A stretch of 64,000 nucleotides of DNA. Source: Candidatus Gastranaerophilales bacterium (lineage in GTDB: Bacteria; Cyanobacteriota; Vampirovibrionia; Gastranaerophilales; Gastranaerophilaceae). Of the stretch, positions 28,173 to 38,400 are shown one piece after another (position 1 is the first letter of the stretch; every line of letters starts with the position of its first letter). The stretch covers positions 129,988-193,987 of the forward strand of contig CALUUI010000003.1 of the NCBI GenBank assembly GCA_944323925.1, read 5' to 3'. A program made the translations under genes and the position numbers. The notes beneath the pieces are model-generated. The model was not told the DNA's origin. It saw nothing but the letters and a program-made list of their open reading frames with translations, and did not search any database.

Positions 28173-29766
28173 TTTCTACCCATTCTGACTCAATTCCAGA
28201 GATGATTAAGTCCAATTCAAGTCGCTTAAATTCACCGACTTGTGCTTTTTTCATTTTTTTTGTGAATACATTCTGGGTCTTTGCTTCGTTTTCCAGTTGC
28301 CAACGTTTTCCAATATAGTATTCATAGATGCTTTTTCTTAAAATGTTTTTGTAAAAATCATTATTTCCTGCAAGGGATGCAATCTTATTTGCTAAATCAG
28401 TATTACCTTCCAGTTTTTTTAAATACGCTGAGAGTTTTATTTTTTCTTCTTGTGCGATTTTTTCAGCATCTGTAAAAATATTGTTGTATTCATCTTCTAC
28501 AAATTTATTAAAGTCAGTGCTAAACTGGTTTGCCCTTAGTTTGGCGTTTAATTTTCTTATTATTTCGGCAAACTCATCTGATGTGTAACTATCAAAAAAC
28601 CAGCGTTCAATAAAATCTAAATGACTTAATTCCTCTAACTCTTTATCACTCAGTTCTGATTTATTAAAGTTAAAGTCAGGCGCTACTTCTTCTACATCAG
28701 AAAGAATAGTTCTCCAACAAATGTACTCATAAGGAATAATTTCATTATTTTTCCTTGAAGTCTTTTCTGCACTGTTAAGAAGATATTTTACAAATTCAGG
28801 TGAAATCTCAACACATCTGCTTCCTGATACAAATCTGTCTTTTATCATTAAATAATCATCTTCTGTAATAGAGTTAAATCCAAAGCTGTCAAGCATTCCG
28901 TATTGATTATTAATTACAATGGCAAGAAGTTGTATTGTATTATCTTCTAATCTTTTTCTTGTAAAAATTATTGCACAATTTCCGTGCCCGTCAGGATATG
29001 ATATGATTGATTTATAAGGCTTTGAAACAGATAATACTTTTTTGTAAAATTCTAATGTTTCATCCACTCTTATTCCTGATAATTTCAATTTTGTCATATT
29101 TTTGTTAACAATGGATTTTAATTCATCATCAACGAAGTCTAAAGATTTTTCCAATTCGTGATAAGCAAGTTGAGATTTTGTATCACCTAATATGTTTAGC
29201 GCAGCTAAACCTTCTTTGCTGTTTGGTGAGTATAAAAACACTGGTATTACAATGTTAGCAAGTGCATCACCCTCATAGTCCTCTTTTAAAGAATCCAAAA
29301 GTGCGACCTTATCATCCTCTCCTAAAGATTTCATAAAGTCCATAAAATCAATTTGTGCCTCAGGGTTCATTAATGCAGAGGCTAAAACTTCTTTGGTCTC
29401 ATCTTCTATAATTTCTTCAATATCAGATATGTAATCTTTAACAGAAAGATAATTACAATTTGGATTAAGATGACTTAATATGTTAAAAGCTGCGATTTTA
29501 AGCGAGTCAGGGTATTCATTATCTTTGATGTATTCCCAAAGATAGTCTTCTAATTTGTTTTTATTAACAACCTGTTCCAGAATGAAGATAATCTGTTCAA
29601 GTTTTTTATCATCATTGGAAACTGCTTCTTTAAGCGCTAACTCTGTTAAATATTTATCCTCATTAGTATTTTTAAGTATATTAATGCTATCCAAAAAATC
29701 AGAACTATTTAAATTAAACTTTGATAGCAGCATTAAGAATTCCGCTTTTATTTGGATTTTATTCAT
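28165..29766 (-). CDS. Hypothetical 533-aa protein (helical-repeat N-terminal half)
   Basis: It is a long intact ORF that overlaps ruvX by 8 nt. I recognise no catalytic motif. Confidence 0.55.
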   Translation of the reverse strand: MNKIQIKAEFLMLLSKFNLNSSDFLDSINILKNTNEDKYLTELALKEAVSNDDKKLEQIIFILEQVVNKNKLEDYLWEYIKDNEYPDSLKIAAFNILSHLNPNCNYLSVKDYISDIEEIIEDETKEVLASALMNPEAQIDFMDFMKSLGEDDKVALLDSLKEDYEGDALANIVIPVFLYSPNSKEGLAALNILGDTKSQLAYHELEKSLDFVDDELKSIVNKNMTKLKLSGIRVDETLEFYKKVLSVSKPYKSIISYPDGHGNCAIIFTRKRLEDNTIQLLAIVINNQYGMLDSFGFNSITEDDYLMIKDRFVSGSRCVEISPEFVKYLLNSAEKTSRKNNEIIPYEYICWRTILSDVEEVAPDFNFNKSELSDKELEELSHLDFIERWFFDSYTSDEFAEIIRKLNAKLRANQFSTDFNKFVEDEYNNIFTDAEKIAQEEKIKLSAYLKKLEGNTDLANKIASLAGNNDFYKNILRKSIYEYYIGKRWQLENEAKTQNVFTKKMKKAQVGEFKRLELDLIISGIESEWVENV

Positions 29767-29787
29767 ATTAACTCCGCAGATAATTTA

Positions 29788-30075
29788 TTATTTAGCTTTA
29801 CCCCAGAATGCATCAAGAATCATTTGAGCTTCAGCAGACGGTAATCTGTCATTAAGTATTAGATATTGAACGGCAATCATAGTACATTCGGCACAGATAT
29901 TGACCCCAGGACCTTTAACCATTTTTATTGTTTCAGCAGAAGATCTTCCGCAGAAACTACAGTTGATAAGTTCCCTTGAAGGAACAAATTCATTTGAATT
30001 GTGTTCCGTTTTAGGTTGTTTCTTTTCATGCTTTTCTCGTTTTGAGCCGAGTTTAACAATTTTTTCTTCTGACAT
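29788..30075 (-). CDS. Stand-alone ClpX-type C4 zinc-binding domain protein
   Basis: CSFCGRSSAETIKMVKGPGVNICAECTMIAVQYL matches the ClpX N-terminal ZBD (CSFCGKS...AGP.V.ICDECV). The protein is only 95 aa and has no AAA+ domain. Confidence 0.75.
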   Translation of the reverse strand: MSEEKIVKLGSKREKHEKKQPKTEHNSNEFVPSRELINCSFCGRSSAETIKMVKGPGVNICAECTMIAVQYLILNDRLPSAEAQMILDAFWGKAK

Positions 30076-30081
30076 AGTTAC

Positions 30082-30741
30082 CTACTTATTTGCTTGAATG
30101 AATAAGCTGATTAAGTCATTCAATGCAGCATACTGTTTTTGATAATTTTGGGATTGTTTTTCAAGGGAAACAATCTGTTTTTTGTATTCTTGAATATAAG
30201 ATTGGCATTCTTTTGCTGAATTCTTAAGATTTTCTTGAACTTGTTGAGCATCTTGAAGAACACTTCTCATCGAAATTCCAAGAGCTTCCATTGTTTGTTT
30301 GATAATTTGAGCTCCGGTGTGTCTAGAAACTCCGCTTGGCAATTGTGAAATGAGTTTCTTTAAAACAACAATATTAGAAGGCATTTCAAAAGTTGCCGGC
30401 TCACTAATAGCGTTGAAAGGTTGCTGCATTGGTTCTCCAAAACCGGATAGGTTTTCAAAAGAATCTTCTAATATATTAGAAGGTCTTGATTGAGAAATCG
30501 GGCTTGTAGTAGTTTGTGGCTCTTGCGAATCGCTAAATATATCACCAAAAACATTAGGCTCTTGTTGAATTGGTTCTGCGACCACTGTTTTATTTACTAG
30601 TTCTTGTGGTTGCTCTGAAGCAACTTTATTGTTTATTTGAAATGAAGAACTATTCATTGCAGAAGTTGACATATCTGCTTCTGCTTGTCTTTTCAATGCT
30701 TCTACTATCTTCTTACCAACACTTTCATTCATATTATCCAT
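30082..30741 (-). CDS. Hypothetical protein (low-complexity middle, C-terminal coiled coil)
   Basis: The 219-aa ORF is the first gene of the minus-strand operon. Only a 6-nt gap separates it from the next gene. Confidence 0.5.
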   Translation of the reverse strand: MDNMNESVGKKIVEALKRQAEADMSTSAMNSSSFQINNKVASEQPQELVNKTVVAEPIQQEPNVFGDIFSDSQEPQTTTSPISQSRPSNILEDSFENLSGFGEPMQQPFNAISEPATFEMPSNIVVLKKLISQLPSGVSRHTGAQIIKQTMEALGISMRSVLQDAQQVQENLKNSAKECQSYIQEYKKQIVSLEKQSQNYQKQYAALNDLISLFIQANK

Positions 30742-30906
30742 ACGCTTATCCTATGTTTACTACAATAATTTATATATTCATTATAAATAAAAATTATTTT
30801 TTTACAAAGAATTTGAAAAATTTGTGAATTTTCATTAACAAATATTAAGTAGAAAATTGATTTAGGTTTTTTTCTATTTTAAAATACTGTGGATATGTAT
30901 TACAAA

Positions 30907-30951
30907 ACCGGGTCGGAATTAAAAACCTTACCGGTAGAATAAATTAAGGAG
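30907..30951 (+). promoter_or_regulatory. Possible SD-sequestering pseudoknot in the metK leader
   Basis: ACCGG (30907-30911) can pair with CCGGT (30931-30935). The loop sequence CCTTA (30926-30930) is complementary to TAAGG (30945-30949) of the metK Shine-Dalgarno. Both helices are short. Confidence 0.2.
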
Positions 30952-30957
30952 AAAAAA

Positions 30958-32226
30958 ATGACATCAAAGAAATTTTTATTTACTTCTGAATCAGTAACAG
31001 AAGGTCACCCCGACAAAGTATGCGATCAGATTTCTGATGCAATATTGGATGAATTTTTAACAAAGTCACCAAGCTCAAGAGTTGCAGCAGAAACAACTGC
31101 AACAACAGGCATGGTACTTGTATGCGGCGAGATTACATCTGATTGCTATGTAGATATTCCTCAAATTGTAAGAAACACCATTCGAAATATTGGATATCAC
31201 GGTATTCAAGGTGGTGGATTTGATTGTGATACTTGCGCAGTGTTAACAAGTATTGATGAACAATCCGTTGATATTGCAGGCGGTGTAAATAAGGCTTATG
31301 AAACAAGGAGTGAAAATGCTGATACAGCGGTTTCTGAAACTCAGAACATTGGAGCTGGTGACCAAGGTATTATGTTTGGTTATGCTTGTAATGAGACTCC
31401 TGAACTTATGCCATTACCAATAAGTTTAGCTCATAAACTTGCATATAGGCTTGCACAAGTTAGAAAACAAGGAATTTTAAATTATCTTAGACCTGATGGT
31501 AAATCTCAAGTTACTGTTGAATATGTTGATGGTAAACCTTCAAGAATTGATACCATTCTTTTGTCAACTCAGCATAGTCCTGAAATTGAAGGAATTACAG
31601 ATAATTCTAAAATTCAATCAATTATCTATAATGATTTAAAAAAATGCGTAATAGATTATGTATTTGAAAACCAAGCAGTTAAGCCTGATGAATCTACTAA
31701 AATTTTAATTAATCCATCAGGAAGATTTGTAATTGGTGGACCACAAGGCGATAGCGGATTAACAGGTAGAAAGATTATTGTAGATACATATGGCGGCTAT
31801 TCTCGTCACGGTGGTGGTGCATTTAGCGGAAAGGATCCTACAAAGGTTGACAGATCTGCTGCTTATGCTGCAAGATATGTTGCAAAAAATATTGTTGCAG
31901 CCGGACTTGCAGATAAATGCGAGGTTGAATTAGCTTATGCTATCGGCGTTGCTGAACCTGTTTCAATCTTCATTGACACATTCTCTACTGGAAAGATCTC
32001 TGATGATGAAATAAGTGAATTAGTTAAGAAAAATTTTGACTTAAGACCTGCTTCTATCATTAAAGATTTTGATTTGAGAAATCTTCCTGCTAAAAATGGA
32101 GGAAAATTCTATCAGCTTCTTGCTTCTTATGGACATTTGGGTAGAACTGATTTGGATATTCCTTGGGAAAAAACTGATAAAGCAGATGTTTTAAAATCTC
32201 AAGTTAAGCAACTTTGCGCTTGTTAG
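30958..32226 (+). CDS. metK: S-adenosylmethionine synthetase
   Basis: It has [32 protein letters not shown] and [19 protein letters not shown]. Confidence 0.98.
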   Translation: MTSKKFLFTSESVTEGHPDKVCDQISDAILDEFLTKSPSSRVAAETTATTGMVLVCGEITSDCYVDIPQIVRNTIRNIGYHGIQGGGFDCDTCAVLTSIDEQSVDIAGGVNKAYETRSENADTAVSETQNIGAGDQGIMFGYACNETPELMPLPISLAHKLAYRLAQVRKQGILNYLRPDGKSQVTVEYVDGKPSRIDTILLSTQHSPEIEGITDNSKIQSIIYNDLKKCVIDYVFENQAVKPDESTKILINPSGRFVIGGPQGDSGLTGRKIIVDTYGGYSRHGGGAFSGKDPTKVDRSAAYAARYVAKNIVAAGLADKCEVELAYAIGVAEPVSIFIDTFSTGKISDDEISELVKKNFDLRPASIIKDFDLRNLPAKNGGKFYQLLASYGHLGRTDLDIPWEKTDKADVLKSQVKQLCAC

Positions 32227-32246
32227 ATTTTTATAGTTTATTGGAG

Positions 32247-32278
32247 AAAGAAGCTCGATTTTCGAGCTTCTTTTTTTT
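32247..32278 (+). terminator. Intrinsic terminator after metK
   Basis: GAAGCTCG (32250-32257) pairs with CGAGCTTC (32263-32270), followed by T8. Confidence 0.85.
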
Positions 32279-32418
32279 CTTGAAAATTGGTTTTTATGTT
32301 TGTTTTTGGTATTATTTAATTTATGATTAACAAATATTAACTTCTTTGATATTATGTTAAGTTTTGGTACCATGTTTATGGTATTATAGCTATGTAGTTA
32401 TTTAATGGGATATTTTTG

Positions 32419-35400
32419 ATGAGTGAGATAAACAATCTTTCGGATATAAAAGAGAACTTTGATACGATAAAATCGCTTTTAAATTCAATAAGAGCGCAGG
32501 ATGTGTTAAATGCAGGTGATATAAGTAAAGTACTTACCGCTATTAATAGTAAGTTGGATCGTATTGATCAAGATGATAATTTAGAATTAATGAATAATGC
32601 TATTTCTTCAATGAAACAATCACTGGATGAAAGGCATAGTGTTTTGGTTTCTAAGTTCTCAACAATTGAATCTTTGTTTAGCAACATTCTTAAAAATAGC
32701 GTCGATTCTTTAAAATCATCAGAAATAAAAGAGCTTTTTGATATTATAGCTACAAATTTATCTGTTTTCTCAAGAGAAGTAGTGTCGCAAAAAGACACAC
32801 TTACAGATATAATTTTACGAATTGAAGCCTTGAGGGCTGACGATAGTTCAAGCTCCACTATAATTTCTAATCTTGATGTTTTAAAACGTGAGTTGGAACG
32901 ATTTAACAATGGGTTTGAAAGTATTATTGTTAATCTCGGTGATAATTTTAGTACGGTAGTACGTTCTTTAGATGATATTAGGACAAAGTGTTCAGATAAT
33001 CATTATGATAAAGATTTTGAAAATCTTTATATGACTTCAAATTCTATTTTGTCTTCCATTCAAGTGTTAGATAAGAAATCTGTGCAAATGGAAGAAACTT
33101 TAGCAAATATCCTTGCTAAATGTGAAAGTAAGACAACTGATGAAAAAATTTCTGAATTATTTTTACAAAATAAAGAAATTTATAATTCCATAGGCGATTT
33201 GGCCGTTAACTGTAATGTAGAACCTCTTTATCAAAAAATCGACAATGCATCTGCATTAATAAACAGTTTGAAAGATATATTACAAAATGTAGATAGTGAT
33301 GCAACAAGCGATTATATTTCACGGTTATCTAAAATAGAAACCGCAATAAATAAAGTTCTTGATGAGAGTGATTTTGGTAATGTAAGAAAAGATTTAGAAA
33401 ATGCGTTAAATCAAATTGCTAATACGGTTAGCATTTCTCAGAATGACTTATATGTGATAAAAAATGACCTAGAGACAGTTTCTTCAAATATTAGGGCACT
33501 AGATATCCATGTAAATTTCCAAAATATTCAAAGTTCATTAACAAAAAGTGAAGTTAATATAAAAACATATATAAGTGATCTGTCAAATAAGTTTTCTCAA
33601 TTATCAGAATTGACATTTCAGCGTACAGTTGAGGATATAAAACAAAAAGTCGATTTGTTAGCGACAGAAATAAAAGATACTGCTAGTGAAAATTTAGAGG
33701 CGTTATCAGGGTCTTTAATAGGCTTAAAATCAAGTATAGAAGATATTGATTCTGCGGCTCAAAATACAAATAACCAACTCTATAAAAACGTATCGGAGAG
33801 GTTGGCTGCGTTAGAAAATACTCTTGCCGGGCTTTTGAATAACCAATCTGTTTCTATTACTAATACCGGAAAACAAATGACAGAGTTATCAAGTAATTTT
33901 AATTTAAAACTTGATTCAATTTCTGCTGAGTTTGGTTTAACAAAAGAGAGTCTTGATTCTTTGCAATCACGAATAAGCTCTTTGATTAACTCCGATTATA
34001 CAGAGTTGCTTACTGACATAAAATCAGGAATTTCAAATGCTCAGTCGGAATTAATAAGCGAACTTAATTTAGCATCGCAAAAATTATCTGATGCGCAGTC
34101 TGATAGTATAAATGAAAAATTTGAAAATGTGAAGCAACAACTTGAAACTTGTCAAGTTACTCTTAATGGGGTATATAATGATGGACTTGCCGAGCTTAGA
34201 ACTTTGCTAAACAGTATTACGTCTTCTTTAATAGATATTGTTTCGTATGTAAGTGTTAAAGAGGCAGATGATAAAAATATTGAATTTGAAAAAAGATTTA
34301 CTGATATAGAATATGCGCTTAAGGATTATTCTGCGGATTCAGTAGAAAAAGTGAATGCTTTTATAAATGAAAGTATTGAGAAAATTAATACTAAGTTAAC
34401 AAATTATGATGCAACTTCTCAATCGAATTTCCAGAATCTTGCTACAAAAATAGAAAGCAACAGTACCTTTATTCGTGAGGATATAAAAAAATCATATGAT
34501 CAGTTAGCAGCATTAAAAAATGAAATTCTTGATTTTAAAGAATATGTTATTGAGGATTTAAACAATAATCCTCTAAAAGTTGAGCTTGTTGATCGAGTAA
34601 ATGGTGTTAAAAATTCAATCATAGAAAAGTTGAATGATTTTGAAAAACAATTTGTTAATGATAGCCTTGCGCATTGGGAAGAACTACAAGAGATTAATAA
34701 TAAAGTTATAAATAAGATAGAAAGTATACCGGAAATAAATCGCAGTGTTCTGGAAGATGTAAGGGCAGAACTTGTTAATGGTATTAATATAGCCGTAGAG
34801 GATTGCATAGATAAGGCTTTATCGGAGATAAAAAGTTTTGTTGAAATAACTTCAGGAGCGCACAGTTCAGAATTGTTAGATTTCAGTTTGCAGTGCCAAA
34901 AAATTCTTGATGATTTTAAGTCAGAAATCCCTAATATAGCTGAAAGTATAAGTATTGATGACAAGTTAGAAAGTTTGCAAGACAAAATTTGCGATTTTGT
35001 TTCCGGAGAGATCAATAAGACATATTCATCAATTAATACACTGCTACAGTCTAAAATGCAATTAGTAGCGGAAGGTGAAGACAAAGAAGAAATGTTGGAT
35101 ATGTTGTTCCAACAAGAGAAAAAGGTAAAGACAGAATTAACCGGAGAAATAAAGCAGTTATCAGAATCCATAAAAGAGTTGTTGAATAATGCAAATGCTA
35201 ATAAGTCAGAAATTATTAATCGTGTCAGTGCATTAGAGTCAGTTATTACAAGAGATTTTGAACGTTCTGAATTGAGCCAAGCGGAAATAGTTGAAAAACT
35301 GGAAATGTTTGGAAATCTGTTGTTCAAGTTAGCAGGAAACGGTTCAGTTTCAATTTCAGATGCAATAAATAAGATAGAATCTATGTTGTCGGGCTTAGAA

Positions 35401-38400
35401 GGATTAAAAACGACTGATAATAGATCTAGTGAAGAGGTTATTAATAAAATTGAAGAGCTAAATCTCGAAATTGCAAAGATTATTAATGATAAGTCTTCTG
35501 AGAAGTTAAATGAGGAAGTCATTGATAAAATAGACGGATTGGGTGCTGAAATCTCTAAATTGGTTGCAAATGACTCATCTGCCAATTTAAAAACTGAAAT
35601 AATTGATAAAATAGAGGAGTTAAATCTTGAGCTTTCAAGGCTTATTGATGATAAGTCTTATGAGATTTCAAGTAATGAAATTATTAGTAAATTAGAAGGA
35701 TTAAGTTTTGAAATTTCTAATTTGGTAACAAGTGAAGCTGTAATTAATTCAAAGGCTGAAATAGTCGACAAAATTGATAACTTAAAACTTGAAATTTCTC
35801 AGATGATTGCGAATGAATCTTCTATTAAATCAAGTGAAGTTTTAACTGAATTGCTTGAAAAAACAGAAAATTCTTCAAAATCTATATTTGAAGGTTTACA
35901 AAACCTAAGTATAGATAATTCTAAATTCGCTTCTGAAATAAAAAATACATTATCCGTAATCAGTGATGATTTGATTGATATATCTAAAAATGCTCAAAAT
36001 AAGATTTTTAGCGAGATTGTAGCTGCGAAAAATTTATTGGATTCTCAGTTAGAATCTGTTGAAAAGTTAAATATTTTGTGTTCAGAGCTTAACAGTCCAA
36101 AAGACAAGGAAGGAATTATCAATTTATTAATGGATTTTAAATCCGAAATCATTACACAAATGATAGCGATTTTTAATCAAATTACTTTTTCAACAGAACA
36201 AGAAGAAATTATCAATTTCATAAAGATTCAGCAGGAAGATTTGAAATCTGCTGTTAATAGGGTAGTTAATTCTGTTGATAATAATTCAAGAATCAGTGAT
36301 GAAATCACTAATGAAATTGATATAAGAGCAAAAGATATATCTGCACAAATTAGTGATATTAAAGACAGTATTAGTTTGATATCCGAAAACGATAAAAAAT
36401 TATCAGAGATTGATCTGAATACTAAGGATTTATCAGAACGGTTAGATGAAATTAAAACTGGTATTGATGTATTATCTTCAAAAGATGAAAAGTTAACTGA
36501 GATTAATTCGAATACAAAAGGCTTATCTGCGCAGATTAATGAAATAAAAGATAGTATAAACTTTATATCAGGCACAGATAATAATCAAAGATATACACTT
36601 TTGAATTTGGAAGCTGATATTTCAGAAATAGAATCAAGTTTAAATCGTATAAAAGAAGTCTTTGCAACTTCAAGTGATTTAAGTGAGGTCAGTAAGTTAG
36701 TTCAAGGAGTGAATGATTCGATTATTGGACTAAAGGCTTATTTACCGAAGGAAAGTATAGATTATATTAAAGCAAAAGTTGATAATATTGAGGAAGGTGT
36801 AAAGTCTAATGATGTAATTTTATCGACTATATATAATTTAAAAGAGCGTATAGAATTAATTGATAAAGCAAGGGAATCTTTTAGAGCTGATGTAGAGTCT
36901 GCATTTGATAAAGTTATAAACACCATTCAAAGCTCAAATAATACTAATGAGTTAAAGAAATATATACAATCACAAATAGATAGTTTTTATAATGGAATTT
37001 CTGAAAAATTAGAGCTATTGGGTAGTAATTCGGAAGTAAGTTCTTTGCTAACTGCCGTGATGGCAAAGCAAGATGCAAATTTAGCTCATATAGTTGCTCA
37101 TATCGGAACTTTAAATAATTCTGATGTAATAGCTCAATTAGAGGTTTTAAAGACAGATGTTATAACACAACTGGTTGGCGCATTTAATCAGATATCGTTT
37201 GAAGCAGAGGCTATTGATATAAAATCATTAGTGGAAGAAAAGTATGATGATTTAAGCGGCAAAGTAAGTGATTTAGCATCGAATGTAGAAAAAGTTGCTT
37301 TAACTCAAGCAGATATAATAGAAGATTATAATAATTCTTTAAGCAGAGTGGAAGATAAACTTTCTACTGAAATAGAAAATAAAAAGAATGAACTAGTAAA
37401 TCTACAGACTATAGCATTAAATAAACTGGAAAATGATATTGTTACTGAAATATCAAGCAAAAGTAGCGAATTATCAGATATCCAGACTGTTACATTAAAT
37501 AAATTAGAGAATAAACTTATTACTGAAATTGATAATAAGAATAAAGAGCTTGTAGATATTAGTAAGGATATAGAGAATAAAGTTGTTTCTGAGATATCTG
37601 TAAAGAAAGATGAAATAGAAGAATCATTAAACGATAAATTTAAGCAAGTTGAAGCACAATTAAAGTCATTACAAGACTCAGATGATAACTCGCATTATTC
37701 ACTTTCTGATATAGAAGAAGATTTAGCTAAACTGAGATTAATAGTTTCAGATATAAAATCTAATCAAAACAAGCGTGAATTAGAAACAGTTACAAATGCA
37801 ATAGATACAGTTATATCGCAGCTACAGGATTTAAAAGAATTTATCCCAGTAGAAAAAATAGATGATATAAATGAAAATTCTAACGAAGTATTAGATTTGT
37901 TAGAAGGTCTAGCACTGGATATAAAAAATATTCATACTTCGCAAGATGATATTATTGGATATGTAAGAGATGGTGAAAATTCTGTTATTTCAGAAGTTAA
38001 GTCATCTGAAAATCAGTTGAAATCAGATATCCAAATGTCATTAGAAGATTTTGCTAATGAAATAAAAGAATTTGAAAATGACACACTTACATCAAAACTG
38101 GCATCAGTAAGAAATGATATAATAACCCAAATTTTAGGGGTAGTAAGTCAAATATCATTTGTAGAAGAACAAGAAGAAATTATTTCACAGATAGATACTG
38201 TAAAAGCACAGTTAAATGTAATAAGTACAGGCGATCCTGATACTATTGGTACATATAGTTTACAGGATATCGAAACAGATGTTGCCAAATTAAGGGTTGC
38301 TTTAGATGAAATAAGATCTCAAGGTAGAGGCGAAGAAATAGATGATTTAATTAAAAATCTATCTCAAGCGGCAGAGACATTAGAATATATAAAGACAGAA

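Noticed and set aside
30742-30957. I looked for a classical SAM-I (S-box) riboswitch upstream of metK.
   Set aside because: The leader is almost entirely AT-rich and has no four-way junction or conserved S-box segments. Only the short pseudoknot idea was kept, as a low-confidence finding.
34500-35585. A 361-aa antisense ORF lies inside the giant gene. Shorter antisense ORFs lie at 32568-32909 and 36228-36575.
   Set aside because: Its S/L/I/F-rich translation is typical of the reverse complement of a Glu/Lys/Asn/Asp/Ile/Leu-rich, coiled-coil-type coding sequence. It has no start context. The sense frame is far longer and shows repeat structure.
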